Below, in pieces: positions 38,356 through 47,325 of a stretch of DNA of 64,000 bases. Position numbers and translations under genes: made by a program. Positions within the stretch are counted from its first letter, which is position 1, and every line of letters begins with the position of its first letter. The stretch is from a bacterium (GTDB lineage Bacteria; Hydrothermota; Tepidihabitantia; SM23-42; JAOAFX01), in the NCBI GenBank assembly GCA_049700315.1, contig JBNAVN010000002.1, positions 22,002-86,001 on the forward strand. Reading direction: 5' to 3'. Below the pieces are notes generated by a model. It did no database searches. It was not told the DNA's origin and saw nothing but the letters and a program-made list of their open reading frames with translations.

Positions 38356-39239
38356 AGTTCGTCTATTCACCAAAATATTGTGTAGATTTGAAAGGACATA
38401 TATTTCCAACAGAAAAATATCGTTTAATCTATGATACACTGAAAAAAGAAAAAATCATTACCAAAGAAAATATCTTTGAGCCAGAGATGCCGACTATGCA
38501 GGATCTGCGAAAAATGCTTGATCCTGAATATCTTGATGATCTGATACACACCAGAACAACATCCAGAACCTGGCGTTCTGAACTACCTGTGGAGCAGGAC
38601 ATTATTAAATGGCAAATGCTTGGGTGCGGAGGTTCTCATCTTGCCGGAAGACTTGCTCTTGAGTCTGGTGCCTGTTATCATATCGGTGGTGGACTGCACC
38701 ATGCATTTTCCGATCATGCTGAAGGATTCTGCTATCTCAATGATGTTGTTTTTGCAGCAGTAAAGCTCCTTGAAGAAGGTATAAAGAAAATTGCGGTCAT
38801 TGATTGCGATCTGCATCAAGGTAATGGAACAGCAAGATTTTTCCAGAATGAAGAAAAGGTTTTCACATTCTCAATCCATCAAGAGCAACTTTATCCTGTT
38901 AAAGAAAAATCAAAATTGGACATTGGACTTGATTTCAATGTGGGTGATGAAGAATACCTTGAGAAGTTGGACTTTGCGGTGAAAAAGATTTTTAATGAGT
39001 TCAAACCTGAATTTGTGATCTATCTTGCCGGCGCTGATCCTTATATGTTTGACCAGTTAGGAAACCTTAGATTAACGATTGAAGGTCTGATTAAAAGGGA
39101 TGAGCTGATAATCAGTTCTGCACATAATAATGGACTACCAATGATTGTAGTATTAGGTGGTGGCTATGCACAGGAAATTGAAGATACAGTTGACATTCAT
39201 TGTAATACAGCAAGGGTTATGAGAAGAATTTATGGATAA
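38352..39239 (+). CDS. histone deacetylase/acetoin-utilization (HDAC/AcuC) family protein
   Basis: HHAFSDHAEGFCYLNDV and DCDLHQGNG zinc/charge-relay motifs. Confidence 0.75.
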   Translation: MKFVYSPKYCVDLKGHIFPTEKYRLIYDTLKKEKIITKENIFEPEMPTMQDLRKMLDPEYLDDLIHTRTTSRTWRSELPVEQDIIKWQMLGCGGSHLAGRLALESGACYHIGGGLHHAFSDHAEGFCYLNDVVFAAVKLLEEGIKKIAVIDCDLHQGNGTARFFQNEEKVFTFSIHQEQLYPVKEKSKLDIGLDFNVGDEEYLEKLDFAVKKIFNEFKPEFVIYLAGADPYMFDQLGNLRLTIEGLIKRDELIISSAHNNGLPMIVVLGGGYAQEIEDTVDIHCNTARVMRRIYG

Positions 39240-39305
39240 GAAGTTTGGATTTAGATGCTGGAATATTGCATAATTTTGTTGATGCTCCTCAGCATAGGAG
39301 GAGAA

Positions 39306-39881
39306 ATGATTGATTTGCCAGAACCACAATTTACAAATGCGTCCTTAGAAAATTGCATCCAGAGAAGACGCTCAATAAGGAATTTTCAGAACAAAGAGCT
39401 GGCGATTGAGCAGATATCCAATCTTTTGTGGTCTGCCCAGGGAATCACCGATTCGGTAATGGAATTCCGAGCTGTTCCTTCAGCAGGTGCAACCTATCCA
39501 TTAGAAATTTTTCTCGCTAAGAAAGATGGATTGTTCCGTTACATTGTTGATGGACATAAATTGAAGAAAGAGCAGGACGTTGATTTGAGAAGAGATATTG
39601 CCCGTGCTGCATTAAACCAGATGTTCATTGCTGATGCCGGGGTTGTAATCATAATTACTGCAGTCTATAAACGTACTGCCTGGCGCTACGGTGAAAAGGC
39701 GTATCGGTATATCAATAACGAAGTGGGGCATTGCGCGCAAAACATCCATCTTGAAGCAGTTGCCTTAGGACTTGGGTCTGTGCCAATTGGTGCATTTAAT
39801 GATGAAAAGATAAAAAAACTCTTAAAATTAGAGGAAGAAGAACCCTTATATATTGTTCCCGTAGGTTACATTAAAAATTAA
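39306..39881 (+). CDS. SagB/ThcOx-type nitroreductase-family dehydrogenase
   Basis: RRSIRNF and PSAGATYPLE motifs; start at ATG preceded by aggagg (the ORF track starts at 39255). Confidence 0.7.
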   Translation: MIDLPEPQFTNASLENCIQRRRSIRNFQNKELAIEQISNLLWSAQGITDSVMEFRAVPSAGATYPLEIFLAKKDGLFRYIVDGHKLKKEQDVDLRRDIARAALNQMFIADAGVVIIITAVYKRTAWRYGEKAYRYINNEVGHCAQNIHLEAVALGLGSVPIGAFNDEKIKKLLKLEEEEPLYIVPVGYIKN

Positions 39882-39905
39882 GAAATACTGAAGAAATAGC
39901 TATTT

Positions 39906-39944
39906 TGCAACATTTTTCTGCCTGCTGAAAAAATGTTGCATTTT
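39906..39944 (+). terminator. perfect 12-bp palindrome tgcaacattttt-N10-aaaaatgttgca followed by TTTT (rho-independent terminator-like)
   Basis: Seen directly, 25 nt after the SagB-like stop and about 60 nt before the TonB-like start. Confidence 0.45.
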
Positions 39945-40000
39945 GAGGAGGGAATTTTTTTCCAAACTTCCTGTATATATAGATAGAAAAGGAGGTTAAA

Positions 40001-40618
40001 ATGCGCGACCATAAGAAGATGTATGGAATATATATAAGGGCAGGTTTTCTCATTGCTATTGGATTGATCATCGCCTTTTTCCTCACCCTTCCCTATGCCG
40101 AACCTGAACCTTACAAATTGAAACAAGAAGTCGTGGGTATAATCAATGAAGTCACAATGCAGATTGATAAACAGATAGAACCCATTGATAATACTGAAAG
40201 ACCCAAACCTCAACCTGCAGTCACACCTGCTGATAATCCAGATGATGGTGTGGAGACAATAAACCCTACGGATCTCGTGGAGAATATCATTCCAACCAAT
40301 CCAATTGGACCTGATATTGAAATCGTTCCGTATTACAAAGTAGAGGTTAAACCTCAACCCATATCAATGCCTGCACCGGAATATCCGCCACTTGCCGTTA
40401 AAGCCGGGATTGAAGGCAAAGTCGTGGTCAAAATGCTCGTTGATATTGATGGTAGTGTGATTGCCGTAGAAATAATCAAGTCGAGCGAAAATCAAATGCT
40501 TGATGAATCCGCAATCAGTGCAGCAAAGAAATCCAAATTTACTCCCGCGAAACAAAGAGACAAGTCTGTACGCGTCTGGGTAGTCAGACAGATTGAGTTC
40601 AAACTTAAGAATGGATGA
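40001..40618 (+). CDS. TonB C-terminal-domain energy transducer
   Basis: N-terminal TM; Pro-rich spacer; C-terminal PEYPPLAVKAGIEGKVVVKMLVDIDGSV...ESAISAAKKSKFTPA is a TonB_C fold signature. Strong SD aaggagg. Confidence 0.7.
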   Translation: MRDHKKMYGIYIRAGFLIAIGLIIAFFLTLPYAEPEPYKLKQEVVGIINEVTMQIDKQIEPIDNTERPKPQPAVTPADNPDDGVETINPTDLVENIIPTNPIGPDIEIVPYYKVEVKPQPISMPAPEYPPLAVKAGIEGKVVVKMLVDIDGSVIAVEIIKSSENQMLDESAISAAKKSKFTPAKQRDKSVRVWVVRQIEFKLKNG

Positions 40619-41629
40619 TCACTTTGTTCTTGATAATTCTTTTTTCAGATAGTCTATCCTCTTGACCGGCATTGGGTCAATGCCGGTTTTCAGGGCAACA
40701 AAACAGCTCAAGAAATCGCCCAGCATAATTGTGCTGAAAACTCGCTCCAGCGGATTCCTGCCCAAAGGATTGATATCAAGATATCTCAGCCCTTTGATCT
40801 CCTGGTTGATCAACTTCTTGATTATCCTGACCCTCAGTCTGTTACGCACAAAAGCATTAGGGTCATTGATGAATATTACAATCAATTCTCTGGTAATCTG
40901 TTTGGGTCGGCCGATACCAACAATCTCATTATGATTCATTTCAGGGATGACATTGGTGTGGCATAAGACTTTTGAATTCTCATTCAGCTGACACTGCCAT
41001 CTTCTTGCCACCACTGCGAATACATTTGAATTTGTGTAGATTACCGGCAGTTTGTTTTCAATAAGCCTTGCAATAATTCTCCCCCTTTTTTCAAGAGTTC
41101 TCATTTTGCTTTTCAAAAACATTGCCATCTTCGCCAGTTCTATCCTGGGACTTTTTGCAAGTAAGCCAGTGCGAAAAAGCAGAAGAGGTATCGGTGTAAA
41201 AAGATACCCTAATGCACCCCTGGGAGGAAATCCTTGAGGAATCTGAATTTTCAAAAATGCCTTATTCTTCATAAGTTGTCCGTCTGACGAAATCACCGCA
41301 ACTTGCATACCCTTTTTCGTTAAAACACTATAATTGCTCAAAGTTTCTTCTGTATTTCCTGAATAACTAACAAGGATACCAAGGGTATTTTTATCAACAT
41401 AAGCAGGTATCTGATAATCTTTATTGACAATAATGTTGATTTCAGGATACAGAGCTGAAACAATATCACCACTGATACCAGAACCACCCATCCCACATAT
41501 TAAAACCTTTTCAAACCCTTTGTTGAAATAAGATTTATTTGCCGCATTTTTCCAGGCAGAATCAAAAAGATTGATTGACTCTTCAATCTGTTCAGGTAAT
41601 GAATAGATTATTTTTCTCATATCTTTCAC
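40619..41629 (-). CDS. SIS-domain bifunctional phosphoglucose/phosphomannose isomerase (archaeal-type)
   Basis: VLICGMGGSGISGDI SIS motif; about 336 aa, size and organisation of the PGI/PMI family. Confidence 0.6.
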   Translation of the reverse strand: MKDMRKIIYSLPEQIEESINLFDSAWKNAANKSYFNKGFEKVLICGMGGSGISGDIVSALYPEINIIVNKDYQIPAYVDKNTLGILVSYSGNTEETLSNYSVLTKKGMQVAVISSDGQLMKNKAFLKIQIPQGFPPRGALGYLFTPIPLLLFRTGLLAKSPRIELAKMAMFLKSKMRTLEKRGRIIARLIENKLPVIYTNSNVFAVVARRWQCQLNENSKVLCHTNVIPEMNHNEIVGIGRPKQITRELIVIFINDPNAFVRNRLRVRIIKKLINQEIKGLRYLDINPLGRNPLERVFSTIMLGDFLSCFVALKTGIDPMPVKRIDYLKKELSRTK

Positions 41630-43377
41630 TTCATCACCCCTTCAATCCCCGGAAATCTTTTCCTCACCACCCGATTCAAATATTTCTTTACCTCAAGTGC
41701 TGTACGGAAATTCAATGACTCCTGGGCAATCTCTTGACACTGTGGTATGGTAAGCGTCCTCAAGACAAGTTTTGCCCTTGGTATTGAGGATGGACTCATT
41801 GATAGTTCATCAATTCCAAGACCAAGCAAAAGCGGAATTGCCAGAGGATCACCAGCAAGTTCTCCGCATAATCCTATCCAGATGTGTGCATTATGTCCTG
41901 CTTGTGCAGTTTCTCTTATCAATTTGAGAACTGCGGGATGATAATGGTCAAACAGTTTGCTTATCTTTTCATTACCCCGATCAACTGCCAGTGCATACTG
42001 GGTTAAATCATTAGAGCCAATGCTGAAAAAATCAACTTCCTGGGCAAGAAATGGGCTCAGCAATGCAGCCGAAGGTGTTTCAACCATAATGCCCAATTGA
42101 ATTCCATCATCAAATTCAAGTTTCTTTGATCTCAATTCCTGCTTCACTTCGTTGAAGATCAGTCTTGTCCGCTTGATCTCTTCATAGGTTGCAATCATTG
42201 GAAACATGATCTTGATATTTTTATTCACTGATGCGCGTAAAATGGCCCGGATCTGAGTTTTAAAGAATTCCTTCTCTTGAAGGCAAACACGGATTGCCCT
42301 CCAACCCAAAAAGGGATTTGCCTCACGATAGTCAGAAAATATCTTATCGCCACCCAAATCGTAAGTCCTGATAATCACCGGATGAGGTTTCATTTTTTTT
42401 GCAAGGGCATTGTAAACCCGGAATTGTTCTTCTTCCGAAGGGCTACCACGCCTTGCCAGATACAAAAATTCAGTTCTGAATAATCCAATGCCAATTGCAC
42501 CATATTTCAGGGCATGTTCGGCTTCTGCAAAAAATTCAATATTTGCAGATACATCTACGTGTTTGCCATCCCTTGTTTCAGGTGGCAGTTCACACACCGG
42601 TAATAACGCCTTTTCAATCTGCAGGTTTTTCTTTTGCTGGTTCTCATAAAAACTTATTCTCCCCTCACTCGGGTTTATGATCACGATGCCCCGCTCTCCA
42701 TCAACGATTATTTCATCACCATTCTGAACCTTGCTCAACAAATCACCAATGCCCAATATTGCAGGTATTTCAAGTGCACGGGCTGTGATTGCAGTGTGCG
42801 ACGTTCTTCCACCTAATTCCATTGCGATACCGATAACATTTTTAGGATTAATAAGCGTTGCTTCTGAAGGTGGAATATCACGGGCAACAACAATTGAACC
42901 CGCAGGTGCCTCAAGAACCGATGAATGGGACACTCCTAAAAGGTTCTTCAAAACTCGTTCCGCGACATCATATATGTCAATTACCCTTTCTTTGAAGTAG
43001 GCGTTTTTGCTTTCACCAAGTTTTTTCGCATACTCGCTGACCACTTCATAATATATGTATTCGGCATTCTTTTTCTCATCAAATATCCGTTGTTTTACTG
43101 TCTCAATTATTGTATCATCCTCAAGCATCATAATCTGGGCATCAAGAAACTGTCCAAAATCTTCACCGATCTCACGATTGATCTGTTCTTTAATCTCTTT
43201 CAGTTCCTCTTTTGTCTTACTGATTGCCTGGACAAATCTTGTCACTTCTTCTTTCAGATAAACCGACAGAATAGGCGTCTGGAAAACTTCGGTCTTTTTT
43301 ATCTCGTAAATAAATGCTTTACCTTTAGCTACACCTTTTGAGGCGGCAACACCGTGTAGTATCTTTTCTTTAGGCAT
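41626..43377 (-). CDS. ptsI: phosphoenolpyruvate--protein phosphotransferase (PTS enzyme I)
   Basis: GGRTSHTAITARALEIPAILG (active-site His) and PEP-utilising C-terminal TIM-barrel motifs. Confidence 0.9.
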   Translation of the reverse strand: MPKEKILHGVAASKGVAKGKAFIYEIKKTEVFQTPILSVYLKEEVTRFVQAISKTKEELKEIKEQINREIGEDFGQFLDAQIMMLEDDTIIETVKQRIFDEKKNAEYIYYEVVSEYAKKLGESKNAYFKERVIDIYDVAERVLKNLLGVSHSSVLEAPAGSIVVARDIPPSEATLINPKNVIGIAMELGGRTSHTAITARALEIPAILGIGDLLSKVQNGDEIIVDGERGIVIINPSEGRISFYENQQKKNLQIEKALLPVCELPPETRDGKHVDVSANIEFFAEAEHALKYGAIGIGLFRTEFLYLARRGSPSEEEQFRVYNALAKKMKPHPVIIRTYDLGGDKIFSDYREANPFLGWRAIRVCLQEKEFFKTQIRAILRASVNKNIKIMFPMIATYEEIKRTRLIFNEVKQELRSKKLEFDDGIQLGIMVETPSAALLSPFLAQEVDFFSIGSNDLTQYALAVDRGNEKISKLFDHYHPAVLKLIRETAQAGHNAHIWIGLCGELAGDPLAIPLLLGLGIDELSMSPSSIPRAKLVLRTLTIPQCQEIAQESLNFRTALEVKKYLNRVVRKRFPGIEGVMK

Positions 43378-43634
43378 CAGTCCTGACCTTCCAGAATCTG
43401 CCTTAAGGCATTGAAGGCCTCTTTCTCATCTTTGCCATTGCAAATCAATGTTACTTTTGCGCCTTTTTCGCAAGCCAGGGTCAATATGCCCATAATTGAT
43501 TTTCCATTCACCTTTACCCCATCCCTTATTATCTCAACCCTACTCGTAAACTTTTCCGCGAGTTTTACAAAACGGGACGCAGGCAAAGCATGGAGGCCAT
43601 TTTCATTCAATATTGTTATCGTTTCTTTTATCAT
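43377..43634 (-). CDS. ptsH: phosphocarrier protein HPr
   Basis: NENGLHALPASRFV (His15 region) and ILTLACEKG (Ser46 region); 85 aa. Confidence 0.85.
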   Translation of the reverse strand: MIKETITILNENGLHALPASRFVKLAEKFTSRVEIIRDGVKVNGKSIMGILTLACEKGAKVTLICNGKDEKEAFNALRQILEGQD

Positions 43635-44323
43635 ATCAAAATCAGATTAATTATTATCAAAATAAAGACAAAAGTCAAGATTAGGATTGGTGCAACCTTT
43701 TTCCATAAGAGTATGAGGAAAATACCTACCAGGGGTAATAAAAAAAATAGATTGAAATTTTTCTGTAATACAATGGGCAATAATCCTGCAAAAAACGCAC
43801 CCAGTGATTCAAATAGTCTCTGCATAAATACAACCTTTCTGCTTTTTATTATATAAACGACATCCCATCCCTGTTCATAACCGCAAACAAAACCATCAAA
43901 CCTGAAGTATACATGAATAATGTTATAAATTATAACAAAGATCAATGGTCCGGCAATCCCATATTTCAAACCTATTATCGTCGCCACCAACAAAAGGACA
44001 GGTCTGATGGTCTGCCAGAACAACAGATCGCCTGCCGAAGCAAAGACTGATTGTCCAACCATAATATGATTTTTTATTTCTTCAGGGTCTTCGTTCTTTT
44101 CATATGCCCTTAACACTGCACCAATAATATACCCAACCATATAGGGATGGGTATTGAAAAAAACTCGGCTGTTTTGTAATAGTAAATCCTTCTTTTCTTT
44201 GCTCAATCCAAGAATAACATTGAACAAAAATCCCATTGATTGCATTGAATGGAATGACCAGGAACACTGCAAAAAAATGCTCGCAAAAAATAGTTTTATA
44301 AGACGAAAAACGCCAAGCCGCAT
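43631..44323 (-). CDS. PTS mannose/fructose/sorbose-family IID component
   Basis: LQCSWSFHSMQSMGFLF matches the IID signature (GSWNYERMQNLGF). Confidence 0.8.
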   Translation of the reverse strand: MRLGVFRLIKLFFASIFLQCSWSFHSMQSMGFLFNVILGLSKEKKDLLLQNSRVFFNTHPYMVGYIIGAVLRAYEKNEDPEEIKNHIMVGQSVFASAGDLLFWQTIRPVLLLVATIIGLKYGIAGPLIFVIIYNIIHVYFRFDGFVCGYEQGWDVVYIIKSRKVVFMQRLFESLGAFFAGLLPIVLQKNFNLFFLLPLVGIFLILLWKKVAPILILTFVFILIIINLILI

Positions 44324-44937
44324 AACACTCCAATGACAAACAAATAAAATCCTTTCTCTCTTATAAATAGATAGATCCCATTGGCGATACCTAATGCTAC
44401 GATAACGATCATCAGAAATTCCTTGCTGAAAGAACTTGTAAGGATCTCAAATCGCAGTACACTCACAATTGCAAAGATCGGCAAAAGCAATATGACACCC
44501 CTTAAGAACGAAGTCAAAATCCCGGTAAAATGGCATAAAGAAAGACAGGATTTGTCTCGCAAAAACCGATAATAGAACTGTTCATTAAGTCTGCGAACAA
44601 GCGTATCAAGAAAACTACCCAAGACTGCGGCAAGTATGCCAGTGAGAAAGATGATTACAAGATTGGGTTCTGATTGATTGACCTGTTTCATGATAAAATA
44701 AGAACCGCAACCAGCAATACCTGCAGCCTGGGCATCAGGTGGTACATCCCTTCCGATTGGAAGATTGGCAAGAAAAATCATCTGAAATAAAGCACCAATG
44801 AATATGCCGGTTCTCAGGTCACCACAGAATGCACCTATTATAACCCCCGCAACTATCGGCTGCGATATGCCAAATTCACCAACAGCGTATTTATCAAGCA
44901 AAACAAGAGCACCAAACAGAGTAAGCAGCAGAATCAT
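44296..44937 (-). CDS. PTS mannose/fructose/sorbose-family IIC component
   Basis: Polytopic membrane protein; GAFCGDLRTGIFIGALFQMIFL parallels ManY. Start moved to MILLLT. Confidence 0.75.
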   Translation of the reverse strand: MILLLTLFGALVLLDKYAVGEFGISQPIVAGVIIGAFCGDLRTGIFIGALFQMIFLANLPIGRDVPPDAQAAGIAGCGSYFIMKQVNQSEPNLVIIFLTGILAAVLGSFLDTLVRRLNEQFYYRFLRDKSCLSLCHFTGILTSFLRGVILLLPIFAIVSVLRFEILTSSFSKEFLMIVIVALGIANGIYLFIREKGFYLFVIGVLCGLAFFVL

Positions 44938-46850
44938 AGTTCTATCTCTATCCTGGGGCATTCAGAAAAAATCAGCATTATTGAGAAACCTTGAAAGATC
45001 TTTTCAAATCCTGATTCACTTGATGAAATTGTTTCAATTGGATATGACAATAATACAAATTTTTCTGAGGCACTAAATTTTATCGGTCTAAAATCATCGG
45101 CATCAATTGTGAAAGATTGCAGATCTGAAAGTTCCTGTAGTTCATAGACACTATATTCACGATTTATTTTTAAGTTAGCATTGAAAATTCCAAGGGAAAA
45201 TTCAACACCTAAGTGATTTATCTTCCCTTCATAACCGATCTTTATCGCCGGAGTTGAATCTTCAATTTTTATCATCTTTTTCAGATTCGCAGACTCATTT
45301 AACCAGGTAAATTCACAGGGTTTGAGGTTTACCAATCTATAATGGACTATTTCACCAAGATTTTCCTGATAGTAAAAATCCTGTTTTTGCGGAATTGTTT
45401 CAAGCTGTCTTTCAATCGCAAATGCCCTTTTGTATTTATCATAAATCAAGTATTTTTCAAGGTCTTTCCCTTTTGACCGAATAACCTCATGGATTGATTT
45501 GATTTCCTCATCACCGGTAGATTGGGGAATCAGTTCATGATATTTTTCTCTTCTTCTACTAAGATAATTTAGAATATTCATTCTCCGATGACGGTCATCA
45601 ATCTCAATGAAACCTCCGGTATCTCTATCAATAATACAGAAATAATACAGAGTGCTGACAACAAGCTCATTCTTTCCGTCAGCGTCAATATCAAAATCTC
45701 TAACACCAGTTTCAATATTGTATGACTCAGCCTCAATAAGATTGCGGTACACTGCCTCCCTTAAATGAGGCAGATATAATCCACCAAAAATACCGTGCCA
45801 GTAAGCACAGGAACATTGCCCGCGCCACAAACTTAATTTTGCTGAAGGTTCATTTTTTATGTTATTGGAGACATATAACATACGCTTGTGCATAATATTT
45901 GCCTCTGGATACCTGGTCAAAAAGTTCTTGAAATAGCCACCATGGACAAGATGATAATACCTGTGGTCAATTGCCCTTTTTAGTTCTACATAATTTTTAC
46001 CAGCTTTCAAAGGTAAAACCCATTCTCCCATTTCTTCATAGGAAGCAGTGGGAATGTAGATTCTACCTGCAGGCGGTTCGTTTTCAATGATATCCTTGAG
46101 GTGAACAGTTTTTATCCATTGTTCATTCTTCACAAAATGTAAAAATTTTTCCAGCCATTGTTCTTTGTAAACCCAGGTATATGTACCGGGCCAGACTCCA
46201 AATTTTTCACCATCATCACCCAGCACCTTCAGAATATTCTCACACCTGCTGCCCTCTTCCTCAAGATAACGACGAACTTCTTCAACCGGATGGAATGGAA
46301 TTAAATAGCGCAATTTCATGGAAATTGGAAACAACTTTAAAACTCTGCCATTATCTTCAGTGATAAAGTAATTGTTTAATTCATCATCACTCAATCCTGC
46401 GTAGAGAAAATGTGTATCATCAAGAAGAGTATAGTCAACACCTGCTTCTGCAAGCAAAGGGACCAACCCTGGTTCCCAGACCCTTTCCGTCAACCACAGA
46501 CCATGAGCTTCATAATCAAATGTCTTGTGGATAAATTCTCTGTAGTATTTTATCTGTTCAATAAGATCACGCGCAGGGATTAGAGAAAGAATCGGTTCGC
46601 TGTATGCAGAAATCAATATCTCTGCCTGCTTGTTTTTTACCGCTTCCTTCAAATAATCAAAGTATTCAGGATGTTTCTGTGATAACCACTCACATAATGG
46701 TCCTGAGTTGTGAATACCAAATTTTATTGAAGGATATTCTAACAATGTCTTTATCAAAGGCAGGTAAGAATGTTCATAGGCAAACTGAAATACTTCGTCA
46801 AAATTTCCTACCGGTTGATGATTATGTATGTATAATGCAAGTCTTACCAT
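44934..46850 (-). CDS. glycoside hydrolase family 57 protein (alpha-glucan active)
   Basis: N-terminus VRLALYIHNHQPVGNF is the GH57 hallmark; 638 aa. Confidence 0.8.
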   Translation of the reverse strand: MVRLALYIHNHQPVGNFDEVFQFAYEHSYLPLIKTLLEYPSIKFGIHNSGPLCEWLSQKHPEYFDYLKEAVKNKQAEILISAYSEPILSLIPARDLIEQIKYYREFIHKTFDYEAHGLWLTERVWEPGLVPLLAEAGVDYTLLDDTHFLYAGLSDDELNNYFITEDNGRVLKLFPISMKLRYLIPFHPVEEVRRYLEEEGSRCENILKVLGDDGEKFGVWPGTYTWVYKEQWLEKFLHFVKNEQWIKTVHLKDIIENEPPAGRIYIPTASYEEMGEWVLPLKAGKNYVELKRAIDHRYYHLVHGGYFKNFLTRYPEANIMHKRMLYVSNNIKNEPSAKLSLWRGQCSCAYWHGIFGGLYLPHLREAVYRNLIEAESYNIETGVRDFDIDADGKNELVVSTLYYFCIIDRDTGGFIEIDDRHRRMNILNYLSRRREKYHELIPQSTGDEEIKSIHEVIRSKGKDLEKYLIYDKYKRAFAIERQLETIPQKQDFYYQENLGEIVHYRLVNLKPCEFTWLNESANLKKMIKIEDSTPAIKIGYEGKINHLGVEFSLGIFNANLKINREYSVYELQELSDLQSFTIDADDFRPIKFSASEKFVLLSYPIETISSSESGFEKIFQGFSIMLIFSECPRIEIEL

Positions 46851-47324
46851 TTACACTCCTGTCAATTTCTTAATTATATCAATAGGTTGGGAATTGGGCA
46901 GTTGTTTACCAGTTACTTTTATGCCCAGTTCATGCAACCTGACCACTGCCTCTATATCCTCAGGAACAAGATATATAAATGGCGCGATTGAACGTGCGCC
47001 CTCACGATAACTTAAGCCACCAATAAAGACTTCGTTTATCGCCAACCCATTCTTTACAAGATGATAAGCATCCTTCACTTTGTCTACAACAATCATAATT
47101 CTCTTCTTATCCATTCCATCTTTCAAATACTGGGCACAAGTCCCTATGTCAAAACAATTGAAAACGATATTTTCCGGTACTGCAAGACGATAAGCACTGC
47201 ATGCCCAATTATCCTTGCTGATTGTATCACTGGCAATTATCAACTCTTCAATTCCCAGGGGTCGTGCCCAGCCAGCAACAACCTGACCATGAATTAGTCG
47301 GTCATCAATACGGAGGATGAACAT
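46851..47324 (-). CDS. PTS mannose/sorbose-family IIB component
   Basis: MFILRIDDRLIHGQVVAGW (phosphorylatable His in RIDDRLIHGQ). Confidence 0.85.
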   Translation of the reverse strand: MFILRIDDRLIHGQVVAGWARPLGIEELIIASDTISKDNWACSAYRLAVPENIVFNCFDIGTCAQYLKDGMDKKRIMIVVDKVKDAYHLVKNGLAINEVFIGGLSYREGARSIAPFIYLVPEDIEAVVRLHELGIKVTGKQLPNSQPIDIIKKLTGV

Positions 47325-47325
47325 T

